From: Chitinophagaceae bacterium
Lineage (GTDB): Bacteria > Bacteroidota > Bacteroidia > Chitinophagales > Chitinophagaceae
DNA: 37,799 nucleotides
Assembly (NCBI GenBank): GCA_039922795.1
Contig: JBDTEB010000109.1
Location: forward strand, 1-37,799
Direction of reading: 5' to 3'
A model generated the notes under the pieces. The model was not told the DNA's origin. It ran no database searches and saw nothing but the letters and a program-made list of their open reading frames with translations. Made by a program: the position numbers and the translations under genes. Shown here in pieces: positions 18,479-25,090 of this stretch; position 1 is the first letter of the stretch, and the number at the start of each line of letters is the position of its first letter.

Positions 18479-18696
18479 GTTGTCACTCAGCCATCGGCAA
18501 TGGAAGTTGGCACTCAGCGATTGCTAACAAGAGTTCGCACTCAGCGATTGCCATCAAAAGTTGGCACACAGCTATTACCATTAAGAGTTCGCACTCAGCA
18601 ATTGACAACAGGATTTGTCACTTTGCGATTGCCATCCAGCGTTGCCACTCAGCCATTAACATCCAGCATTTGTCACTCAGCCATTACCATCCGGAA
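18479..18696. repeat. tandem array, 8 units of 27-28 nt
   Basis: Units start at 18479, 18506, 18533, 18560, 18587, 18614, 18641 and 18669. The core CACTCAGCnATT is exact in 5 of 8 units. Columns T2, T3, C6, A7, C8, G12, C13, A15 and T16 are invariant. Confidence 0.9.
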
Positions 18697-18860
18697 TCAC
18701 CCTGGTGGCTGATTTTAGGGAAGCTGGTCATGCCAGGGGGTCGCTTTGATACGGAAACAAAACGACTATTTTTAATGGTCTCGGCAGCGGTTTTAATTCC
18801 GGTCAAAAGATCGGTGATCTCGGTTTTCATGTTTTGAGAATATTGGTTGCAATAAAATTA

Positions 18861-18890
18861 AACAAAAAAGGCCACCCCTTGCGAGATGGC
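18861..18890 (-). terminator. Rho-independent terminator of the lipoprotein / mini-protein operon
   Basis: The minus strand reads GCCATCTC-GCAA-GGGGTGGC: an 8-bp stem with 2 G-U pairs and a GNRA loop. It is followed by CTTTTTTGTT and lies 33 nt after the stop at 18923. Confidence 0.6.
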
Positions 18891-18922
18891 ATTTTGCCGA
18901 ATGGCATTTTACGATAAATACA

Positions 18923-19147
18923 TCAGCCTTGTCCTTTATGTTTCTTTCGGTATTGGCGAAGGGTGAAAAGAATAACCGCTGCGCCAATCGGTATGGCAAG
19001 CATGAGTATATTCATTACGTCTTGAAACGGTTCGTATCGAGCGTCAAAGTCCCGGTTCCAGATGGTCCCGTTGCTTAGTGAAATCATTGCCGGTACGCTT
19101 ATTGCCGCAACCCACCAGTTTTCTTGCCACCATTTCTTTCGTGTCAT
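18923..19147 (-). CDS. 74-aa predicted 2-TM membrane protein, hypothetical
   Basis: I start it at the ATG at 19147 (MTRKKWWQENWWVAAISVPAMI...LMLAIPIGAAVILFTL...RKKHKGQG), not the track's 19228, which overlaps the upstream gene. It lies 10 nt after the upstream stop. Confidence 0.5.
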   Translation of the reverse strand: MTRKKWWQENWWVAAISVPAMISLSNGTIWNRDFDARYEPFQDVMNILMLAIPIGAAVILFTLRQYRKKHKGQG

Positions 19148-19157
19148 GATCAATGTT

Positions 19158-19865
19158 TTAAGGAACTGCGCAAAATAGATAATCTTTATTTGAATCATCA
19201 ATACAATATGAGTGCCTGACTTGCGCAAATGCTACACTAGCCATAACGCCAGTGTAGACCGCAGGCGCGGTTAAGCCAGCACTCCATATTACGGCAATAG
19301 ACCCAATGGTATAAAAAGTGGCTACGGCAAGAGCCATGTCACGGTCACAGCGGTGTTGTTTTTCGATCCGTATTTCTTCACATTTGCCATCGTCACCAAA
19401 ATCAGCCGCAGCCGCTTTGAATTTCCTTCCAGTCAAGTCAAGCTGTGAGAAAACTTCCCGAAGAATGGTCAATCTTTCGGCTTCAGTTTTTTTATCCAGC
19501 CCGTAACGAAGGGAGACCCTGTTGCCAAGTGTTGCCAGATCCGTTACCGATACCTCCTTTACTTTGACCAGATAATCCGCATCGGCAGCCGCTTTCCAGC
19601 CCGCCCGATCTTTCTTGAATTTTACTGCATATTTCTCGCACTGCCCGGTCACGCCAATGTGTTGCGAATAACTGATTGCGGCCTGATAAAAATAGGCTAC
19701 GTCATTGTCTGAAATCATGGCACTGATCGGTTGAACGCCGTCTTTGTTTTGTGCAGACTTTTTGCAGCCTGAAAAAAGCGCAGGCAACAGCAATAGGGCT
19801 ACCATTGATAGCACAAATATGCCAATTTTTGATAAAGTCGTTATCTTTAATATTGATTTTTTCAT
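19158..19865 (-). CDS. hypothetical lipoprotein with hydrophobic C-terminal region
   Basis: 235 aa with a lipobox (LFSGC). It has five further Cys residues and a C-terminal hydrophobic stretch (LAVATFYTIGSIAVIWSAGLTAPAVYTGVMASVAFA). I recognise no family. Confidence 0.6.
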   Translation of the reverse strand: MKKSILKITTLSKIGIFVLSMVALLLLPALFSGCKKSAQNKDGVQPISAMISDNDVAYFYQAAISYSQHIGVTGQCEKYAVKFKKDRAGWKAAADADYLVKVKEVSVTDLATLGNRVSLRYGLDKKTEAERLTILREVFSQLDLTGRKFKAAAADFGDDGKCEEIRIEKQHRCDRDMALAVATFYTIGSIAVIWSAGLTAPAVYTGVMASVAFAQVRHSYCIDDSNKDYLFCAVP

Positions 19866-19913
19866 TCGTTGTTACATTTTTTATTGATTGATTCATTATT
19901 TTAAAAGGAGAAA

Positions 19914-19938
19914 GGGGGCATTAACGTGCTCCGTTTTT
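19914..19938 (+). terminator. plus-strand-oriented terminator-like hairpin
   Basis: GGGGCA-TTAACG-TGCTCC, then G and TTTTTT. The stem has a G-T pair that works only in plus-strand RNA; on the minus strand it becomes an A/C mismatch. Confidence 0.4.
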
Positions 19939-20146
19939 TGTAGGATGGCGGTGACCGGCAGGCTACTATTATGGGAACGACTAATAATGACCTCGCGCAT
20001 ACTCTACGTTTAGCGCGTTCAGATATCGGCAGCATAACTTTGCTTTTTGACTGTGATTAAAGCACGCGGAATTAATTGGCAGTTTGCCAGGGGGGATTGG
20101 CTGCGATATACTTATCCTTATCGACAATTCCCATCAGTTTGATTCT

Positions 20147-20186
20147 TGCTCCGTTAGGAGCAAACCATTTGTAGCCCCGCGATGAA
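20147..20186 (-). repeat. short hairpin element, copy A (GGCTACAAATGG + stem-TAAC-stem)
   Basis: The reverse complement reads TTCATCGCGGGGCTACAAATGGTTTGCTCCTAACGGAGCA. It lies 38 nt downstream of the comEC stop. Confidence 0.5.
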
Positions 20187-20223
20187 AACCGGATATTCCT
20201 CCGTAGGTGGAACCCTTGCCCGC

Positions 20224-21807
20224 TCAAAGATTTATTAAGAAATACGCATTAAGAAGCACAAGCAACAAAATGAAGCCGGCAGCTTTCGCCGAACGCAGCC
20301 AGTGCCAAATAAAGGCAATCCCCATGTAAATCAATAACAACGAGATTTTATCCGGCGCCCCGGTTTTGATGATGCCGTATGGAATTGTATTCATAAATAC
20401 AACAAATTCGTTCATAAGAGCAATCAGCCAGTTGATGGTTTTACCAAGGACATCTGGCAACAATGGGACTGGTGCGGCCATGCACAACACCACTTCCGCA
20501 AGTACAATCAAACTGGAAAGCGGGATGGCGACGATGTTGGTAATCAGGAAGTACAACGGGAAGCGTTGAAAATAAAATATGGTTAACGGGGTCGTCAGAA
20601 TCTGGGCCGCCAGGCAGGTAGCTATCATTTTCCACAGAGGATCGAGGATCTTGTTTTTCACATAAACCAGGTCATAGATCGGTTTCATAAAAATCACGAT
20701 ACTTAATACGGCGAGGTAAGAAAGCTGGAAACCAAGATCCCAAAGCCAGAAAGGATTAAAACAAAGCAGGAAGAAGGCAGAACCTGCCAGCGTATTGTAC
20801 ACACTCGCTTTACGATTGAAAGCTTCACCTGCAAGCAGAAAACTAAACATCACCGCCGATCTAACAACAGACGCCGAAGCCCCTGCGACAAGGGTAAAAA
20901 GCCAAAGGAAAACCAGGATAATCAATGGCTTTATCCAGCTGGACTTTTTCCAGTCTTTTATCGAGATGATAATAGATAACAACCAATAGATCAACCCCAG
21001 GTGCATTCCGGAAATGGCTACGACATGTATGATGCCTGAATCGGAATATTCCTGCAAAACAGATCTGTCCAGGTTGTTTTTGTAACCGATCAAAAGTGCT
21101 TCCGCAAGTCCGGCCTCTTTCCCACCCACGGTTTGCTCAAAGAGTGTAACAATGCCGACCTGTATTTTTATAAGATGTGACTTAAAGCTCCAGGATTCTT
21201 TTTTTGATATGATGTGATAGGTATTCTGTCGCAGAAAAATCTGGTGATAAATATTCTGAAGGGCACAATAACCTTCGTAATCGAAATCTCCAAAGTTTTT
21301 AATGCGGTCGAGCTTTGCTGGAATTACCAGCGTAGCGCCCATTGGGGGCATATCTACAGCGGCCGTTTTAAGGAAATAAACAATCAGTTTACCCGAGGCA
21401 ACACGCTGCCGATTGCCTTCGATAGTAGCGACTATTGAACCTGTGGATTTAAAAGTCTTTGGCCTCTCAATCAGTGGTTCATCAATCCTGATTATGATTT
21501 TTTCTTTTGAAGGATTTGCATGGCCGATCCAATCATCGCGATTTCGGATGTCGCTGGAATGGCTGATCAGGCAGCCAAGGAGAAACAGGCCGAAGTTGAT
21601 TAGGACGCCGGAAAGCCATCTTGTTTTAAAGCGGGTGTAGGAAGCGGGAATGTTTAAAACAAAAATAGCCACACTGGTTATTGCCAGTGCCCACAGCAGG
21701 TAGCGGGCAGACAGTTGCCGGTTATGCGATACCAGGTCGCCAATAACAAATGGCAGCAAGAGTCTAATAAAGGGAGCTTCCTTCCATATCTGCCTTGAAA
21801 ATTGCAT
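20224..21807 (-). CDS. comEC: ComEC/Rec2 family competence protein (no metallo-beta-lactamase domain)
   Basis: 527 aa, polytopic. It has the N-terminal WKEAPFIRLLLPF motif and the competence-domain motif VVAISGMHLG. It ends in TM helices and has no HxHxDH motif. Confidence 0.85.
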   Translation of the reverse strand: MQFSRQIWKEAPFIRLLLPFVIGDLVSHNRQLSARYLLWALAITSVAIFVLNIPASYTRFKTRWLSGVLINFGLFLLGCLISHSSDIRNRDDWIGHANPSKEKIIIRIDEPLIERPKTFKSTGSIVATIEGNRQRVASGKLIVYFLKTAAVDMPPMGATLVIPAKLDRIKNFGDFDYEGYCALQNIYHQIFLRQNTYHIISKKESWSFKSHLIKIQVGIVTLFEQTVGGKEAGLAEALLIGYKNNLDRSVLQEYSDSGIIHVVAISGMHLGLIYWLLSIIISIKDWKKSSWIKPLIILVFLWLFTLVAGASASVVRSAVMFSFLLAGEAFNRKASVYNTLAGSAFFLLCFNPFWLWDLGFQLSYLAVLSIVIFMKPIYDLVYVKNKILDPLWKMIATCLAAQILTTPLTIFYFQRFPLYFLITNIVAIPLSSLIVLAEVVLCMAAPVPLLPDVLGKTINWLIALMNEFVVFMNTIPYGIIKTGAPDKISLLLIYMGIAFIWHWLRSAKAAGFILLLVLLNAYFLINL

Positions 21808-21840
21808 GCTTCAAGGTCGGGGTGGCCGGTGGATTGAGGG

Positions 21841-21862
21841 CGGGTGATAACACCCGATTTTT
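21841..21862 (+). terminator. plus-strand-oriented terminator-like hairpin upstream of comEC
   Basis: CGGGTG-ATAA-CACCCG, a perfect 6-bp stem, followed by ATTTTTGG. There is no A-run on the other side, so it is terminator-like only for plus-strand transcripts. Confidence 0.4.
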
Positions 21863-21876
21863 GGATGTTCAAGGGT

Positions 21877-21892
21877 GCCCCCATCCGGGGGC
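21877..21892. other. GC-rich perfect hairpin
   Basis: GCCCCC-ATCC-GGGGGC, followed by GTTTATAT on the plus strand. Confidence 0.4.
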
Positions 21893-21903
21893 GTTTATAT
21901 AAA

Positions 21904-21942
21904 TTCGATGGTGGCTACAAATGGGTAGCCGCTAACGCGGCA
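21904..21942 (+). repeat. short hairpin element, copy B (GGCTACAAATGG + stem-TAAC-stem)
   Basis: TTCGATGGTGGCTACAAATGGGTAGCCGCTAACGCGGCA. It is inverted relative to copy A on the other side of comEC. Confidence 0.5.
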
Positions 21943-21957
21943 TTAACGGGATTCTGG

Positions 21958-22105
21958 CGTCAGCGCCGCATCAGCGTTCGCGCAGCGTCAGCGTTCGTGC
22001 AGTGTTAGCGTTCGCGCTGCATCAGCGTTCGCGCGGGGTCAGCGTTCGTGCAGTGTTAGCGTTCGCGCTGCATCAGCGTTAGCGCGGCATCAGCGTTCAC
22101 GCGGC
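21958..22105. repeat. GC-rich tandem array, 17-nt unit x 8 plus one partial unit, with a 51-nt higher-order period
   Basis: Full units start at 21970, 21987, 22004, 22021, 22038, 22055, 22072 and 22089. AGCGTT is invariant in all 8. 21987-22037 matches 22038-22088 at 49 of 51 positions. Confidence 0.9.
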
Positions 22106-22151
22106 GATAACCCGATACTGGCCTCAACTTGTCATGGGTTATAACTGCTTT

Positions 22152-24998
22152 TTATTTGCTCAGGTACATGCTCCTGTCTTTGTACAACTGTCTGAAATAG
22201 GGATCTCTAAGATCTTTTATAAAACGGATGGCTTCCCCTGTAGACTTCATTTCGGGCCCCAGCTCCTTATTTACTCCAGGAAATTTGTCAAATGAGAATA
22301 CAGGCTCCTTGATGGCAAAACCATTTAGTTTCTTCTCGAATGTAAAATCCTTCAGCCTGGCGCTTCCCAGCATCACTTTAGTCGCAATATTCAGGTAGGG
22401 AATCTGGTAGGCTTTCGCGATAAACGGCGTTGTGCGTGATGCACGGGGGTTGGCTTCGATCACAAAAACCTTTCCGTCCTTGATGGCGAACTGGATATTG
22501 ATAAGCCCTCTGATATCGAGTGCCCTGGCAATCTTTTCTGCATAATGCTCCATCGTTGTCACGACAAGCGGAGTGAGGTTGAAGGCGGGCAATACCGCAT
22601 TGCTGTCGCCGCTGTGAATTCCAGCCGGTTCGATGTGCTCCATCACACCCATCACATGAAAATCTTCACCGTCAAAGATTGCGTCTATTTCGGCTTCCTG
22701 GCACCTGTCAAGAAAATGATCGATTAGGATCTTGTTTCCGGGAATATGTTTAAGCAGGCTTACCACTGCATTCTCCACCTCATCATCATTGATCACGATT
22801 CTCATTCTCTGGCCACCGAGCACATAACTAGGACGCACCAATACAGGGTATCCAACATTATTGGCAACGGTTATAGCCTGGTCAACAGTAAAGGCTGTTC
22901 CGTAATCGGGGTAGGGAATGTCCAGCTCTTTTAACCTGTCGCTGAATCGCCCACGGTCTTCCGCAATGTCCATGTTGTCGTAGGATGTCCCAAAGATCCT
23001 GATGCCCTTGGAATGTAGTTTCTCGGCAAGCTTCAGGGCCGTCTGGCCGCCCAGCTGCACAATTACACCATCCGGTTTTTCATGTTCGATGATTTCCCAG
23101 AGGTGTTCCCAGTAAACCGGTTCAAAATATAATTTATCGGCAACGTCAAAATCTGTTGAAACTGTTTCAGGATTACAATTGATCATGATGGCTTCAAAGC
23201 CAGACTCCTTTATTGCAAGCAGGCCGTGAACGCAGCAATAGTCGAATTCTATCCCTTGCCCGATCCTGTTAGGCCCGGAACCAAGTACAATCACTTTTTT
23301 CCTTTCAGAGATCTTGCTCTCATTGGAATCCGGGATTTCACCTGCTTTTGCCGAGCTCTCAAATGTTGAATAGAAATACGGTGTTTTGGCTTCAAATTCT
23401 GCTGAACAGGTATCTACCATTTTAAAAACCCTGGTTATACCCAGTTTTTTGCGGATCTCGTAGAGCTCATCTTCTGTTCCGTCATTCATAATGCGGCAAA
23501 GCTGTTCGTCGCTGAAGCCCATTCTTTTTGCAATTCTGAGCAGGTCTTCTGGAAGTGTATCGATTTTATATCCGGCAATCTGCTTTTCGAGATTACAGAT
23601 CTTTTCGATCTCGTAAAGAAACCAGCGATCAATGCCATTGGTCGCTTTGGAAATGGTATTGACGGAGATCCCCGCCATGATCGCATCTTTGATCCTGAAG
23701 ATCCTGTCCCATTTCGGTACCTTGATGTAAGCAAGCAGTTCTTCGCCGTTCATCATGCTTTTGCCGTAGTAGCCAAGTCCGACCGCATTATTTTCGAGGC
23801 TCTGGCAGGCTTTCTGGATGGCCTCTGTGAAGCTTCTTCCTATCGCCATCACTTCACCGACGCTTTTCATCTGCAGACCCAGCGTATCATTGGCCCCTTT
23901 AAACTTGTCGAAGTTCCACCGCGGCATCTTTACGATCACGTAGTCCAATGCGGGTTCAAAATATGCGGAGGTGGTTTTTGTGATCTGGTTTTCAAGTTCA
24001 TCGAGATTATAGCCTATGGCAAGCTTCGCCGCAATCTTGGCGATAGGATAACCGGTGGCTTTTGAAGCGAGGGCAGATGAGCGACTTACCCTTGGATTGA
24101 TCTCGATCGCGATAATCTCTTCTGTTGAAGGATTCAGAGCAAACTGTACGTTACAACCACCGGAAAAATTCCCGAGGTCACGCATCATCTTCAAGGCCGT
24201 ATTTCGCATAAGTTGAAAAGCCGTATCGCTGAGCGTCATAGCCGGCGCAACGGTGATCGAATCACCGGTATGAACCCCCATCGGATCAAAATTTTCAACG
24301 GTACATATTATGACCACATTATCATTGGCATCCCTTAGAAGTTCCAGTTCGAATTCCTTCCACCCCAAAACCGCTCTTTCTACAAGTACCTCATGGATTG
24401 GAGAGGCCTTGAGTCCACGGTTTAGTGCTTCGTCCAGGTCATCTTTGCTGTGCACAAATCCACCGCCTGTGCCCCCAAGAGTAAAAGATGGACGGATTAC
24501 GATCGGGAATCCAATATCCTGTGCAAATTCTTTCCCTTCGAGATAGGAATTTGCCGTTCTTGCTTCTGCCACTGGAATCTTCAGTTGGATCATCCATTGG
24601 CGAAACTTCTCACGATCCTCAGCTTTGTCGATGGCTTTGATATCAACCCCGATCAATCTTACTTTATGTTTTTCCCATATACCCAGATCCTCGGCCTCTT
24701 TTGCCAGGTTGAGCGCAGTCTGTCCACCCATTGTAGGCAAAACAGCGTCGATATCATTTTCCTCCAGGATCTGCTCAATGCTCTCCACGGTAAGGGGAAG
24801 CAGATAGACCTTATCGGCCATCATCGGATCAGTCATGATAGTCGCGGGATTGCTGTTGATCAGCATCACCTTGATGCCTTCCTCGCGGAGGCTCTTGGCA
24901 GCCTGTGTTCCGGCGTAATCAAACTCGCAGGCCTGCCCGATGATTATGGGCCCTGAACCAATAATAAGAACGGATTTTATTGAAGTATCTCTTGGCAT
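22152..24998 (-). CDS. carB: carbamoyl-phosphate synthase large subunit (short form lacking the MGS-like allosteric domain)
   Basis: 948 aa with two ATP-grasp halves (IGQACEFDYAGTQA... and IGQGIEFDYCCVH...). It ends about 30 aa after GPEMKSTGEA. Confidence 0.95.
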   Translation of the reverse strand: MPRDTSIKSVLIIGSGPIIIGQACEFDYAGTQAAKSLREEGIKVMLINSNPATIMTDPMMADKVYLLPLTVESIEQILEENDIDAVLPTMGGQTALNLAKEAEDLGIWEKHKVRLIGVDIKAIDKAEDREKFRQWMIQLKIPVAEARTANSYLEGKEFAQDIGFPIVIRPSFTLGGTGGGFVHSKDDLDEALNRGLKASPIHEVLVERAVLGWKEFELELLRDANDNVVIICTVENFDPMGVHTGDSITVAPAMTLSDTAFQLMRNTALKMMRDLGNFSGGCNVQFALNPSTEEIIAIEINPRVSRSSALASKATGYPIAKIAAKLAIGYNLDELENQITKTTSAYFEPALDYVIVKMPRWNFDKFKGANDTLGLQMKSVGEVMAIGRSFTEAIQKACQSLENNAVGLGYYGKSMMNGEELLAYIKVPKWDRIFRIKDAIMAGISVNTISKATNGIDRWFLYEIEKICNLEKQIAGYKIDTLPEDLLRIAKRMGFSDEQLCRIMNDGTEDELYEIRKKLGITRVFKMVDTCSAEFEAKTPYFYSTFESSAKAGEIPDSNESKISERKKVIVLGSGPNRIGQGIEFDYCCVHGLLAIKESGFEAIMINCNPETVSTDFDVADKLYFEPVYWEHLWEIIEHEKPDGVIVQLGGQTALKLAEKLHSKGIRIFGTSYDNMDIAEDRGRFSDRLKELDIPYPDYGTAFTVDQAITVANNVGYPVLVRPSYVLGGQRMRIVINDDEVENAVVSLLKHIPGNKILIDHFLDRCQEAEIDAIFDGEDFHVMGVMEHIEPAGIHSGDSNAVLPAFNLTPLVVTTMEHYAEKIARALDIRGLINIQFAIKDGKVFVIEANPRASRTTPFIAKAYQIPYLNIATKVMLGSARLKDFTFEKKLNGFAIKEPVFSFDKFPGVNKELGPEMKSTGEAIRFIKDLRDPYFRQLYKDRSMYLSK

Positions 24999-25015
24999 AT
25001 TAAAAACAAATTGCG

Positions 25016-25023
25016 CAAAAGTA
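25016..25023 (-). promoter_or_regulatory. candidate Bacteroidota -7 box (TACTTTTG) for carB
   Basis: Matches TAnnTTTG, 17 nt upstream of the carB ATG. It shares the 11-mer TTACTTTTGCG with the purH site. Confidence 0.3.
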
Positions 25024-25090
25024 ATCCAGTGAAATTGATTTTTGAGTAAAAATTATAGACAGTTTAATACGGATACCGGACGTCGATGGA

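Noticed and set aside
18369-18480. A ZTP (pfl) or other purine-related riboswitch in front of purH.
   Set aside because: The candidate -7 box is only 19 nt from the ATG, which leaves no room for an aptamer. I could not find the conserved CCGCCUGGGC-type segment on the minus strand upstream.
18422-18837. Track ORFs 18422..18712 and 18436..18837 (+) translate the 27-nt array into 9-aa repeats (SWHSAIANK-like). I briefly considered a multi-core peptide precursor.
   Set aside because: Both have only TTG starts. Two frames are open simply because the repeat unit lacks stops in those frames. There is no processing or modification gene nearby, and the tail beyond the array looks random.
18793-18999. 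A 68-aa minus-strand ORF. The long version of ORF 18923..19228 is a related case.
   Set aside because: The 68-aa ORF reads through the strong terminator hairpin. The long start at 19228 overlaps the upstream lipoprotein gene by 70 nt, whereas the internal ATG at 19147 gives a clean 10-nt spacing.
21678-21884. A 68-aa minus-strand ORF overlapping the comEC start and the GC hairpins.
   Set aside because: It is out of frame with comEC and is made largely of hairpin sequence. It is most simply a by-product of GC-rich palindromes.
18479-22105. CRISPR arrays, considered for both the 27-nt and the 17-nt tandem repeats.
   Set aside because: The units are strictly head-to-tail with no unique spacers. 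The units are degenerate rather than identical, and there are no cas genes in the window.
18369-22151. A genomic island or mobile element carrying comEC and the lipoprotein operon.
   Set aside because: There is no integrase, transposase, tRNA target or clear direct-repeat att sites. The two bracketing arrays are unrelated to each other, and comEC is a normal chromosomal gene.
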